DNA of 64,000 nucleotides from Octopus vulgaris (Eukaryota): NCBI GenBank assembly GCA_951406725.2, contig OX597817.1, positions 141,422,001 to 141,486,000 of the forward strand, read 5' to 3'. Shown piece by piece: positions 40,070 to 54,514 of this stretch (position 1 is its first letter; each line of letters starts with the position of its first letter). The notes under the pieces were generated by a model. It saw only the letters and a program-made list of their open reading frames with translations, ran no database searches and was not told where the DNA came from. The position numbers and the translations under genes were made by a program.

Positions 40070-41522
40070 TCTGTCGTTTACGAAACAAATTCTAGAACTA
40101 GATACAGGGCGTTCGACCGAAATCCAGCATGGTGTAAAGTTCCACAAATTATATTTATGTGTATCTTTCAAATGTCTTCACTTTGGCGCGCTGAGATCGG
40201 AAATTACTCTGCAGTTAATAAACAACAGCAGTCAATTTACCGGCTAAAGAACATTTTTTAAATTTAAAATTAAATAAGAGTAGAAATTGATATTAATCAA
40301 TTATAACCAGTGGCCTAGCATATTTTTAAAATCCGAAAAAAATTTTAATCTTCGGATTTTTTAAATTATGCTAGGCTACTGGTTATAATTGATTAATATC
40401 AATTTCTACTCTTATTTAATTTTATATATATATATATAAATATATATATACATGTATATATATGTATGTGTACATATGTGTATATACATATATATATATA
40501 TTTATTTATATATTTATATTTGAGTGCGTCTGTCTCATTTGCTCTCTCCCCCACCCTCGCTTGATAACCGATGTTGGTGAGTTTAAGTCCCCGTAAGTCT
40601 GCGGTTCGGAAAAAGAGACCGATACAATAAGTACTAGACTTACAAAGACTATGTCCTGAGGTCGATATGTTGGACTACACCTGCTGCCCCAGCACGGTTA
40701 CAATCAAATGAATGAAACAAGTAAAAGAATAACATAATATTCACTACTTGAATATTATGTAGTGAACATAATGTTCACTACTTGAACAAAACTTGACTTA
40801 AACAGGATTCGAATAATCCTATCAGGTGGTGCTATTAAGTTAGACATGGCCTGGACCAATCTTTGGTCGAAACATATCTAAGTTTAAGTTTAATAAAGGC
40901 ACATCCCAATTTCCCGTCTATATATTATATAAGGTTTTGCGAGTCGAATATAGTTTTATCAATGTGGCTGCCTTGATGTTCACAAGTTGTTGAGCTTGTT
41001 TACACTGAAGCAATGCAATGATTGACAATCAAAAAAGATTAGTATAAAATCTATATTATATAAAAACACAGTTTGATGAATAGACTTTCCAGATGTGGTG
41101 GCAAGAATATATATACGCTGGTGTGGGTATATACGCACCTGAGATTAAATCGATGAATAATTAAAGGTAAATTAATTCCCAGAGACGCACGAAGTTGATT
41201 AAAAGAAGGAAGATCGAATCAGTTGCAAATAAAACTAATATATTCTGAACACAGAAGTGAAATGATATCTTTAATAGAAAGTCGATAGAAAATAATCAGG
41301 AGAGTGCTCGGCCATAATTATTTAGTTAATTAACCTCTTGCTTACTTTTCGGATCACTTATTTTTATCCAGGGAGGTGTCAGGAACATATAAAATAAATC
41401 TGATAAAAATTGATGATTACGTTTCGTCTACTTATGTTCCATTTAAGAAGGACTAAGATCAATATCTAACGAGTAAGCAGACACCGTTTTATACTGTATA
41501 AATTATGTTCCTATGAAGTAAC

Positions 41523-41586
<64 letters not shown>

Positions 41587-42154
41587 CTCGTTTTCATTAA
41601 AATTCCTTTCCAATAAATAAAACAGTGAAGCAATAAGCAATTATCGGGTCTTATAATGATCTTTTTGTCTTTGATGTGATTGCTATTGAAATAAGATCGT
41701 TTATCCTGGAGTTTTGATGTTGTAACCAAATACTACGGTCTTTCGATAATGTACGGTAGCAGTGAAGGAACTTCCTTTGTGATTTTGTAATCAAACATTG
41801 TGAAGATTTATTATTGCGAGTCTAAGAAATTCTAAACGTTTGATTTTGTTTAAGATTTTCATCAAGTAGCTTGAAACCGCATCTATTATTATACTTCAAA
41901 GACAAATACAGGTATATCAAATACTTTACAACATAAATTTTCTACTTCTAGAGATGTGTCGTAATTACTAAACGATAATTAAAACCGCTTCCATTTGAGA
42001 ACGGGAGTCAATCTCAAGAATCAAGAATTCTCCAAGTTAACATGTCATTAAGGAAAAGTTCGGATTTTATTGTTTGGAGAAGAGAGAACACTTGTGGACC
42101 TGCGTTTCTGGCTCGATAGTTATCCTCAGCACAATTGTCCGAACTTATTTCCAG

Positions 42155-42269
42155 TAACCATGGGAAATAATTCAGATACCACGTCTAGATAACTGTAAAA
42201 CAGCAATTTATGTTGTATGGTATTTGGTACACCTGCACATGCGGACATTGTTCAAATAAGTGCCACTGA
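42155..42269 (+). pseudogene. Decayed paralogous mature-peptide exon
   Basis: tttccag|T AAC CAT GGG AAA TAA aligns ungapped with tttacag|T AGC CAG GTG AAG AGA. Cys codons fall at the same positions 27, 29 and 36, TGA sits at position 38, and TAC/TAT/GGT at Cys positions 8/21/22 are each one change from a Cys codon. Several stop codons. Confidence 0.45.
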
Positions 42270-42419
42270 CCCCTTGAGTGATTTCCTTTAGATAAGTTTT
42301 GTTTAAATCATTGTTAAGCACTATTTTATCAATATTCAATTTTCTAATATTTTTACATAATGAAATATTTCTTGTCAGACTTTATCCAGTGCAATCCGAT
42401 GGTTTGGTATAGGTGAGAA

Positions 42420-43335
42420 TTCACAAAGAAAAAAAAAGACGAAGACAGGTGGTGTAGACAACAAACAGATGTATTAATTTAACGCTCGGGAAGTGAAAAA
42501 AGTATTTAACGTTTCGAGCCTACGCTCTTCCACAGAAAGGGACACAGAAAGAAACAAGGAGAGAAAATAAAGAATGTGTAGTGGCTAGCAATCAATCATG
42601 GCAAATGCCGGACAGAGGGGTCACACAGAAGAGCTAAGGAGAGAGATGATAAAGTATTGGATCCCAAAGCGAAGGTGCTCATGTGTGTGTATAAGAGAGC
42701 ATGTATGTGCATGTGGAAGAGGGCTGGTGAACCTGACGTGTGCGTGAGTGCATGTGTAGGTCTGTGGATGAAGGTGTAGGTGCTGGGAAGTGGCCAGTGC
42801 TAGTGTGTGCGTGGTGGTGTGATGGGATGTGACGTTGTGTGATATTGTGGTGTGTGGTGTGATGGTTTTGGGATGTTAGGGAGGCAAGTGTGGGGAAAGC
42901 AAAGGTGGGATGTGGGTTAAGCTGGGGGTGTGGGTAGAGGTGGGGTATGAGGGAGTGGGTGTAAGGTATGCGTTGGGGTGGGATAGGATGGATAGAAAAG
43001 ATGGGGTTGGATTGTGTAGGGATGGGGTGACAGGGAGGGGTGACAATGAAGTGAGGGGAGGAAGGGAGAAAGTGGGTAGGAATGAAGAGAAAGGAGAAGG
43101 AGAGTAGGAGTGAAGAGAAGTAGGAGTTGAAGCAAGAGAGGAGAGGTAGGTGGGAGGAAGTAGGTGTCAGGGGAAGAGAGGAGGGGAGAGGTTGGTTAGA
43201 TAAAGTGGGTAGGAAAGTTGAGCCCATTTTACGCAAAGGAGTGAAGAGAGAAGATTAATTCCTGTTCACGGCGAAGACGGGAGTCCGGATGGCCCCTGTG
43301 CAAGGACAATCCGAACACAGACACACGCATTACTA
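42420..43335 (-). mobile_element. 3' end of a Penelope-like element with a long pyrimidine-rich 3' region
   Basis: Minus strand 43220-43330 reads VFGLSLH..DSRLRREQELIFSLHSFA*NGLN (GIY-YIG C-terminus). A hammerhead-like motif lies at 42505. Confidence 0.7.
42505..42539 (-). ncRNA. Variant minimal hammerhead-like motif (CUGUGGA core), sister of 20695
   Basis: Minus strand: uuu CUGUGGA a gagc guag gcuc GAAACGUU aaa. Same flanking repeat as 20620-20760. Confidence 0.5.
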
Positions 43336-45830
43336 GCTTGAAACCGTGTTGCACCAGTACATATTGCATATTTTTGAACAATGTTCAGCGAAAACTTACA
43401 ATTCACTACATACTAAAGCTCAATCCCAATGGTTGATCCTTCATTTTTCTAGACCCACAGAATATTGTACTTCCGATCTGAATATTGGATTATTGCCAAT
43501 GTATTAAGACTGTGATATACATTATCATACTTCCTGTTTACTGGAGTTAACCTCATCAGTAACTTATAATACGACTTTTCGGGGAATCGTTTCACACCAA
43601 CGTTAGAAAACACTGTCACGTGGCTCCATCGTCTGTGCCGTACTCAACTTTGGAATCCAATCAAATAACATCTCACTTTTACCCTGCAGATTATCGGAAT
43701 ACACATTGAGTTATCAATAGCAGCTACCGTGTGTGTGTGTGAGTGTGCATGTATGTACGTATACATATACGTGCGTGTGTGTGTGTTTGCATAAATGTAT
43801 ACAGTACATGTACCCAAAGTATACCATCTAATCACACTTGGCTACTTGTGATAACTCATTCGTGTGTCCTGAGATATTAATGTCAGATGTTCATTAATGA
43901 AACGACGTGCTGTCATGTAGAACCATGAAAAACTCATTGAACAATGTTGTTCTAGATATACAAGAATATCGTGAAGTAATATTTATTCGCACTTAAACGT
44001 GGATGTTCTGTGAGAACAAACTATACTGCGCTAAATACCACGAGAGAAACTCTCACATTGACTTTTGGTGCATAATGCATTCCTGGTTATATTGCAAGCG
44101 ATAAATCACCGCTACCCCGCCAAGACTACAAGATCGCGTCATTTCGACCTTCTTTTGTCTTGTCAGTGAGGGACACTCGAACGCTAGAGAGCGTGGTGAC
44201 TTATTTCCCCCATAGCGATATATAGAACAATAGTACCAGAACAGGCACAGGGGTCGCAATTAACCAGTGAGTTTCTTAAAAGTTAAAGATATATTTTTTA
44301 TACAAAAATATAGAGAGATGGCCTGTAATGGTATTTTTCCGGGGTAATGGTTGACCTAGCATTTCAAAGCTACAACAGCAACATCAACAAGCCAACCTAT
44401 CCTCTCCATTTATTCTTTCTCGCTAATTTCTACCGAAATTCCAAAATATGTTGCTAAACCTGGAATTCTAACTGCAAAGCGAATATTAACTGTCTCCAAC
44501 TGACCTGTCTTTGATTTTATACAACTGGTATACATGAAGCACGCGCGATCCTGCCCGTCGGATAAAATAAGGAATTTTGAATTAATTTTCTAACACACAC
44601 AAATGAGTTTTATAATTTAATAATGATTTACGGTAGGGAGATGGTAGAATCTTTACGTCAGACAAAATGCTTAGCAACACTTCTTACGGCGCCTTGCTTC
44701 TGAGTTCAAATTCCGCCGAGGTCGATTTTGTCTCTAACATTTCCGCGATCGGTAACAAAAGTACCAGTCAAGTACTTGATGTAATCGACTTTCTCCCTAC
44801 TGCAAATTTTTCAAACATTGCATCAAAATTTGAAACCATAATTTAAAATAATTTTCTAGTTAATAAAATATTCTGTCTACGAGATGGTAAATATATCATA
44901 TCGCACATATATGCATATATACATACGCACATACATACATGCAAGCATATATACATCATTTTGTATTCGTGAAACTCGAAGCAGGTAAAGATAAAATTAA
45001 CAGAGTTTAAATATGAAGTTAAAATCCATTTAGATAGAAAATGTGAAAGACTGCCCACACTCTCGTAAACTTGATATGTTTTGCCCTCAGGCCAAAGGAA
45101 TTCTTCGAATTTCTGTAACCATTTTCGAAACATTATTCTTAGCAGCAAAAATGATTGAGTAAGAACGCAATAGACGATGTGGAATTTCACATATATTCTA
45201 GACCAAAATCTTTCGAATCCATCAAAAGTTCTTTAAAAATATCTTTTTTATAACTCAGAATAAATGCCGATACAACAGCCTAAGTCTAATTCTGCATTCG
45301 TGTCAAAGATAATATCTTAGAAAGTTGCTAAGAGTAAAGGCTTGGGCAAGTTTGATTGAGAGATATTATCAAACTTGTCAGGATGTATGATACCTGGATG
45401 ATTAATCTAAGCTTTATATAAATCTCATTATTTATATTACCAATTGGCAGCGAGACAGAATCTCATTCACAAGATGTAATTTAGTGATACACTTGGTATG
45501 AATATCAACCTTTCTGAAAGAAATTAACTTCGGTGTCAAAATATTGCTTGCGCAAGATCTTGTTTATGGCACACACACATATTTATGTACATGCATTTAT
45601 AGCCATATACACATAGACGTACATATACACACGTTTCCTCCATATACACACACATGCATATTTATATATATATGCACGTACATTTATACACTTTTATGTA
45701 TGTATGTATATTTATACACATATATACATATATATATATATATATGCATATATATATATTCATATATATATATATGTATATATATTATATACATATATAT
45801 ATAATAATTTAATAATATAATATATATACA

Positions 45831-45928
<98 letters not shown>

Positions 45929-46664
45929 AATCTCTCTATATGTATATAGGTGCATATCAATATACGCATAAATATGTATGTGTCAGTTGTATGGATATAT
46001 AATTAGAAACAAATGTACATATGCATATGCACAATATACATATACATGTGTGTGTGTGCCTGTGTGTACGTGTGTGCATAAATACACGCAAACACCTGTA
46101 CATATAGTTTGTGTGCTTGTGTGTGTACGTGTGAATATATATTTCCATAATCCTAAACACATCCAAACCTGTACTCCTAACATAAATCAGTGAATAACAT
46201 TCAAAGCAATGAAATTATATGACACTAATTGCACATAATTATGATTCCCCGTAATGTTACCCACCCTTACAACACAAAAGCAATTACATTCGAGGACAGC
46301 CGATTCTCAAGTAATAACAAGCATAACTGACGTGCACAATCTCTATCATGATATGATCTAACGTAAAACTATGCATGAAAACTAAGAAATCTTTTCAGAA
46401 TTATGAAAAGAGTGTACAAAGTATTGCACGTCGCGTGTAGGTGCAGAGATTTTGGTGCTGAACAACGTTTCTATATTTTTATGCTATGAAAATGCCAGGT
46501 CGGAGATAATCACGAAGCCCTTCCACTCGTAGATGTACATCCTCAAACACTGGAAAATCATACTGTGGCCTGATAAGATCTACAAATAAAATGTTATATC
46601 TATGTGTATGCTCAGAATACAGATACACACTCATACACAGACACGCGCACATACACACACACAC

Positions 46665-46706
<42 letters not shown>

Positions 46707-46707
46707 G

Positions 46708-46760
<53 letters not shown>

Positions 46761-46767
46761 ATATATC

Positions 46768-47985
46768 ACCCCATGAGTTCTGTCCGAATTTTGAATAAAG
46801 AAAACAAGTGATCAAATGTTATATTTAATTGAAATCCCTGATTATCTATGATTTCCTTTCATCTATTGACTAGCTTTTTTAATCCCATCAATGTAATACT
46901 CTTTTGGCTTCAAAGCGACGAACTCTGAAATGTCAGTTTCGACCTCCTTCTGGCTTGCGAAAGTTATGTCCCCCAAATGATTCTGTAAACTACGAAACAA
47001 ATGGTAGTCTGAAGGAGCAAGATCGGGAGAATAAGGTGGATCAGGAATTTTTCCACAACCAAGCTCTTCGATTTTTTGTGATGCGATCATTGCAGTGTGG
47101 GGTCGCGCATTGTCCTGATGAAACAGCGCTCATTTTTGATTCACTAAAGCGGATCTTTTTTCTTCAAAGCTTGATTCAAACGCTCTAATTGTTTTCAGTA
47201 GACTTGAGCATTGATTGTTGCCTTAGGTGGTAACAATTCAAAGTGAATTACTCCTCTGCAATCCCACCAGATAGAGAGAAGAAACTTTTTCCCATGAAGT
47301 TCCCTTCTCGGTTGTTGTTGAACTTTTTCCCTTTCACCAAGCCACTGTTTACGACATTTAACATGACCCCTTTTTCGTCAACAGTTACAAATCTATACAG
47401 AAAGCGTGAAATGAGTTCGCGAGAATGGAGAGAAGAGCAGATGTCAACTAGAGATTTGCGGTTGCTTTGGGACAATTCATGAGGTATCCATTCTCCAAGT
47501 TTAGGAACCTTTCCAGGTTGTTGAAGATGACGATGAACAGTTGTATAGTTTAAACTAAGCTTTATTGCCAATACTTCAAATGGTAATGCAGGATTTTCTT
47601 CAAGTAATATCTCAAAGAGCTTATCATCAAACATAACTGGACGTCCTGTTCGATCTTCATCTTCAAGGCTCCACTTCTGAATTTTGCAAATCATCTTCTG
47701 CAGGTTCTTTCATTCAAGCATTCTTTTCCATAAACTGTGTGTATGTTTCGAATCGCTTCGGCCGCAGAGTTTCCTTTTTTGTACTCATAAAGCATTATGT
47801 GCCTCAAATGCTCTTTGGATACTTCCATGTTAGAAAGGGTTTTAATCAAAGAAATTTTAATTCTATTATTCTGTAAAATAATATTTAATTAGTTTAAATG
47901 TACACAAATGTATAAAAATAATTTTTAATTCCATTCGACATTCTAAATACTATTAAATTTCATTCAATTTAAAAAAAAGGGACCT
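46768..47985 (-). mobile_element. Decayed mariner transposon
   Basis: SLEDEDRTGRP, WIPHELS, FVTVDEK, PPYSPDLAPSDYHLFRSLQNHL. ATG near 47828. Confidence 0.9.
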
Positions 47986-48294
47986 GATATATATTTATAA
48001 ATACATAACTATATTTCAGTTTCTTATCCGATAATTTTCTTATTTTCTTTTTAACTTCTGACAGCAAAGTCCCTAAACCTATGCCTGACGCTTCTAGAGC
48101 ATTACAGTCTCATTATCAAGAATCTAATTGAATATATTAAGGGTTTGGGCAGTTAGTTATACACCGACTGAACGTCTGCAAACTTTCCCGCCACAAATTT
48201 CTTGACCGTTAGCCTTCTGCTTCAGCTATCACGTGCTGATTTGTCACTATAGACTAAATTTTGGATTATATTTTTGTTTTAATATTTCTCCTGT

Positions 48295-48662
48295 CTTTAC
48301 GCCCTGAGTTCAAAATCCGCCGAGGTCGACTTTGTCTCTCATCCTTTCGCGGTCGATAAATTAAGTACCAGTTGTGTACTGGGGTCGATCTAATCGACTG
48401 CTCTCCCGCCCCAAATTTTGGGCGTTGTTCCTAGAGTAGAAAAGAATATTGGTTTCGAAGTTAAGCACAAGCCCAGAGGTTTAGGGGGAGGGGCTAAGTT
48501 GATTAAATCGATTCCAGTGCTCGAATGGTAACTATTTTATCTACCCCAAGAGGCTTGAAAATCAAAGCCGACATCGGCGGAATTTTAGACTCAGAACGTA
48601 AACACGGTCGAAATGCCGTTAAATCTTTCGCCCGATGTGCTAACGTTTCTGCCAGCTGCCGT
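48295..48662. mobile_element. Two older family A-related SINEs arranged tail-to-tail
   Basis: + copy at about 48295-48450 and - copy at about 48480-48662 share the B-box and gtcgac..catcctttc core. Confidence 0.7.
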
Positions 48663-48832
48663 CTTCACCAATCTTGTAATATTAAGAGAGGAAGTTACGC
48701 ATATCTGAATATTTGACAATGCAATTTGATTGTATATTTACAAAACTAATAATTATTGTATTAAAGAAATATGCGTAAAGTCGTGTAAATAGTTACCTTA
48801 TAACCGATATCTCAACATCTGTTTACTTTATC

Positions 48833-49237
48833 AGGAGTGGCTGTGTGGTAAGTAGCTTGCTAACCAACCACATGGTTCCGGGTTCAGTCCCACTGAGTGG
48901 CATCTTGGGCAAGTGTCTTCTGCTATAGCCCCGGGTCGACCAATGCCTTGTAAGTGGATTTGGTAGACGGAAACTGAAAGAAGCCTGTCGTATATATGTA
49001 TATATATATAAGTGTGTGTGTATATGTCTGTGTGTCTGTGTTTGTCCCCCTAGCATTGCTTGACAACCGATGCTGGTGTGTTTACGTCCCCGCCACTTAG
49101 CGGTTCGGCATAAGAGACCGATAGAATAAGTACTGGGCTCACAAAGAATAAGTCCCGGGGTCGATTTGCTCGACTAAAGGCGGTGCTCCAGCATGGCCGC
49201 AGTCAAATGACTGAAACAAGTAAAAGAGTAAAAGAGT
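48833..49237 (+). mobile_element. Full-length tRNA-derived SINE, family B
   Basis: A-box tggctgtgtggt, B-box ggttcagtcc, internal (TA/TG)n spacer, (gtaaaaga)n tail. Partial copies at about 15370-15530, 25930-26080, 39285-39450, 40520-40730, 57290-57470 and 60085-60250. Confidence 0.85.
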
Positions 49238-49263
49238 ATATGTGTGTGTGTGCATAAATACAG

Positions 49264-49302
<39 letters not shown>

Positions 49303-52300
49303 CTTATATATACACATTCATGTATTTACATAGATACAAATATTTACATCTATACATATATACATACACAAGCGTATATATTTATGCATATGTATACACA
49401 CACACACACACACACACACACATTAATACGATTGGCTTCCACACTTCCCGCCTACCAAATTTATTCAGAAGACATTGATCAGACCGTGCAACAGTATAAG
49501 ACACTTTTTCCGAATACCCTTTTGTGAGACTGATCCGGAAATCCCGTAGTTACAAAGCAAGTTTCTTAACTACACAGCCATACCGGCTCCCCCCCCCAAA
49601 TTTCCGATAAATTCCGAACATTCGACCTTCAGCGTGTTAAGTAGTTACGATTACCACAACACTAGGAATGGTCTTATCCTATTTGTAGTCTCTCATTATT
49701 TCTTAGCTGTTTGCTACTATTGTTTCTCATTAAATCACAGACTTAACCTTATTCAAAATTATCCGCAATATGTTTACAATTTGATGCTGCTTATTATTTA
49801 GAGCTTTCAAACATAATTGCTATAATGTAAATAAAGTGTATTAGTTTGTTATTATGTCCATAAACTATGGTAGAGCATATACATATAAATTCATACATTC
49901 ATAAATGCATAAATATACATACATATATATATATCATATTATAAATAACGTTTATTATACAACAATCTATTATTAGATATTAACATAATGCATTATCTGT
50001 TGTTTGTCAAATACAGCATCTCCACTATCATAGACTTTGACTCAGGAATAACAGCAGTCATTTTGGCTCCTACGTAAAGCGAGCTGTAATTGTATTCAGC
50101 GACCAAACAGACAAATAAATGGTTCTACGTGACAGCATATCGTTCATTAATGATCATCTGATATTAATTTCTCGGGACAGAGCAATGAGTTATTAGAACT
50201 AATATTGTGCGGCGCCTTTATGCTTCAATGATATTATGCTACGTTGTTCTTCATTATATTTTAATAACTGTAAGGAGTGGGACATGTTATGTATTAATAA
50301 GAAGGTCATTGTTTTATACTTCATTGTGTTCAGGTAGTTTACAGCAAACACAGAGATATCTTAAAATAGAGGTTCTGTATAAATTAGCTACGAGTCTACT
50401 TCTGTCTACCAGTATACTAACTAAACATTGAAATTTAACTTGTATTTACGTACATTATTTTGTTTTTAAACTGCCATAATTTGAAATATAATTTACATAT
50501 TAATATATTTGAGTTCATCTACTGAACTTTTAGCCTTTAAACATTTGATTTTAGGAGAATTGTCTGAAAATTGACTCCAGGTCTCTTAGTCATATTTTAA
50601 TAATATCATCCACAACAGCAAATAAATAACGTTTGACAAGATGTAACATCACTGAACATATTCAAAACGAAATATGAACAAATAATACTGATAATTTATG
50701 GTTGACTATTCAAAGAAATCGGAGTTAAAGTTCTCGAAAGTTGAATAATAAATCGACCAATTTGTGTACATGACAATGATAGACAAAACATTATATTGTA
50801 TTATATTTATTATAGATTGTATTTATTCATTTCAAATCATCTTGTTCCATCACTAGCAAGCCACAGAATTGCAATCAAATCGACTGCCTTATTATATCTA
50901 AAATACGACTAATTAATTAGCTTGCTTTCAGACTATTACAAATGAAATAATTAATTAGAAAATTATTCTGTGGGCAATAAAGCGATATAAATCGGTACAA
51001 ATTATTACCAACTGTAGACAGAATTTTAATTATGATTTCATTTTAGATGGTATCCTATGAGAGAGGCCCAGAGCGATTACTTCCTCATTAGTTTTCATAG
51101 AAAATATACATACATGACAATGTCTGACTGATTTATGTGCAAAGAGGTGGAGGTTAAATTTAATGTATTTTGTCCAGTGATTATCAGATTTCCAGCTTCA
51201 TAAATACAGATGGCCTTGATGTTTGAATAAAAATAATTATAAATAGAACACGAAATCTTGTGTAGAAACATGCATTGTACGCACAATATAAATGTAATGT
51301 ATATTTACCTACTTGAATACATAAGCTGTGTATGTTATGCAAAGTGAAAGTTGAAAGAATACAATGTTCAATTTCTTTTCTTGCAAGTATTGTTGCCTTA
51401 TCCTTGCTTAATAATTTTTTGAACATGATTTCTTAATTTGTAATTTTTTGCTTGTTAATTTTTTTATGATGATTTAATTAAGAGTGATATTAATGAATCG
51501 CAATTAATATGTGTAAAGCGAGAAATATTTGCTAATCGTAGTTGCTTATGCAACAGATTTTGAGGAAGCATTGTTTGAAAGTACATTTGTTCTACTCGAA
51601 TTTATTCCAGCTTACATTGCTTTCAGGTTGACAAAGCATCACCGTTATACAATGCATGTTTACCTGTACGATATATAGAAGCCTTATGAGTGCTATACAT
51701 TTTGCCTATGCATACAAAAGGGAATTCGCCATTTTGATGAACTGAATGGCTTAAAGATAAACAGCAGTTTAAAATATACAGTTTCCACTAGTGATGGTTG
51801 TTGTTACAAAGGAGATAAGAAGCCCCTGACAAAATAAGGCCGGATTAAGTTAATTAAAAGGAAAAATAGAGTTCATATTCTTTTTGTGCCTTATAATGTA
51901 ACACACTCACCGGTAAAATTTCCATTTTTTTTCTTATTTCTTTTTAATCTTCCTAAAATTTTTGTTGCATCTTGCAACCTTTTCAATAAGGTTGCAAGAC
52001 TCAATGAAAATTTTAGAAAAATAAAAATAAGAATTAAGTGGAAATTTTACCAGTGGTTGTGTTAAATTATAAGGCACTGAAAGAGAATGACTCTCCCCAG
52101 ACACAACAGAATATGCTTCAATACACGAACTCATATAAAGAATCTTGCAAACCAAATCCAAAAACGAAAACATAGAGTTCACTTTTTTCTTTAATTATTA
52201 CGAGCTTCTTACATATTCAGGTGGGTGATAATCATGTTTCAGCATATTGCCACCGGTGAATTATTAATTAATCATTATTTAACAAAGTGAGACATTTCAT

Positions 52301-53214
52301 TAAACATGGTGGAGGTCCTTGGAATGAGACTTTTTTTCATCCTGATATTCTTTTAGTTTAGGAATCGAGAGGAAGGGGGAACGTTTTTAGTGTTGACATA
52401 AAGCATAGTATTCGTTTGCGGGAGAAATCTACCTTTAATATTTTCATGATTATTTCTCACTCATTCACATGCAACACTCAACATACCATTATCACAATGG
52501 TTGACATGCCTGTTGAACCTTGCTAATAATAACGATTCGGTAAACTAGAAAATGGCACACTAACACCAGGAATAAAACCACTCTTCTTAAGCAATTAGTG
52601 TACAAATATTAAATTTTAATCAATTAGTGAGCAAATTTTGATTTTCTCAAAATTACCTCCTTAGAGAAAAACAGTATTTTTCTGTCACTCGGATTTTATA
52701 TGTACCACGCTATAGAAGACCAAGCTGGAAAGAAATGCTTTCGTTATCCGGCATTATGATGGTCATACTTCTGGACGACCATACTACTATTAAATACATA
52801 AAATTCATTAGAAATAGCACCATTTTATACCAGTTAAGTTTAGATAGACGATTGTCTAGCTTAAATAATCCTACATGACTTATGGATATCAGATTCAAGA
52901 AAGTAGCACAAAGACGCATCAGAAAGGTGCACATTAAGTTTTACCCACAAAGACGCATGAAATTTTTTCATTCATATCAATATATACGTCAAAATCTGTG
53001 TACCTTTAAGCACGTTTATGTCTCTGTTGCATACATATGGGTGTATTTAATACCTATCATTACATTTTCTACATTTTCTATACATTTCTTATAGTCTTCA
53101 CCGAATCAACTAACTTAGCCCAGGGAGCTAGCTTTCTGCAAGAAGCGAACGAAACATTACGTCATATGGGCCGAACTGAAACTATTTTAAATAATTACAA
53201 TAATAATAGTAATA

Positions 53215-53274
<60 letters not shown>

Positions 53275-53292
53275 CACATACACACACACACT

Positions 53293-53326
<34 letters not shown>

Positions 53327-54514
53327 TATGTGTGTGAGTATGTGTGCATGTATGTCTGTATGTATGTATTAATAACGGTTAGTGCCACTTCCCCATATAA
53401 ATTAGCGTGCATAGGACTCGTTAACGAAAGTAATGTGAATATGAGTCAATTTGTTATTAATTACATACCTCCAGCCAAATATATTAAGTGCTGCTTTCTA
53501 CCATTTGTTCACGCGATCGTGTATATATATATATATATATATAGGGAGAGAGAGAGAGAGGGAGAAATAGAGGGAGAGGAGAGAGGGAGAGAGAGGGGTT
53601 GAGAAAGAAGAAAGTGTCACGTAAGGATTGCAAATATTTCGATTCGTATTCTACGAATTCATTCAAAGAATCCCACATGAAAGTTATGTATGTGTTCCAT
53701 GGAGCCATCCACTTCTATCATACATACAACAGGATTATTTTCCCTGTCATGAATCCCATTATTCGGTTTCAATATATTCAAATTTTTATTCTGTTATCTC
53801 GTCTTTTACAGATTCCTTTGTCAGCGGAATTTTCCTAAATGACATTAGGAAAAACCTGCAACGCGTTGCTGTGTAATCTTAATATCTAGGGAATCCGAAG
53901 GAAAGAGCTTGCATGTCTCAATGTACGTTGTGTTTCAGTCATTTACATTCTCGTATTTTTTCCTGCAAACACGAATTCTGAAATTTTCAACTACAGTCGC
54001 TCTTGCAGAATAATATTCCCGAAAATATATTGTTGTATGAAAAGACGTTATTCAGCTGGTATTTGACTTGAGAGATATTATGTTATTTTATCATATAATT
54101 TTGCAAAGCATGAAATTATTCAGATAATAAAATGAACAATTTATAGTTTGACACCAAAATATCGCAAGCAGAATAATTAAAACGAACAATATCAATATCT
54201 CTCTCCTTGGTACTCCGTCAGTTGCGATGACGAATATTCCAGTTGATCTGGGTGAATTTATCGTACAAATGGTTGAGCAATCCAGACCGTTAATGTAGTT
54301 CTCAGAGAGATTCGGCATGACACAGAATGTGACAAGACTGGCTCTTAGAAATACAGGAACAACTCATTTTTGCCAGCTGAGTGGACTGGAGTAATGTGAA
54401 ATAAAGTGTCATGATCAAGATCACAACGGAACGCCAGGAATCGAACTCACAACCATATGATGATGAACTGAATACTTTAACCACTATGCGACATACCTTC
54501 AAAATTTCAGTACA

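Noticed and set aside
42679-43236. 185-aa Pro/His/Ser-rich ORF
   Set aside because: Low-complexity 3' region of a Penelope-like element, downstream of its nuclease remnant.
48833-48905. tRNA-like A and B boxes in SINE heads
   Set aside because: No complete cloverleaf; these are the heads of tRNA-derived SINEs, not tRNA genes.
53812-53876. Strong acceptor followed by DSFVSGIFLNDIRKNLQRVAV*; similar isolated acceptors at 60643 and 63757
   Set aside because: They could be exons of a long + strand transcript, but no coherent reading frame links them and RNA data would be needed.
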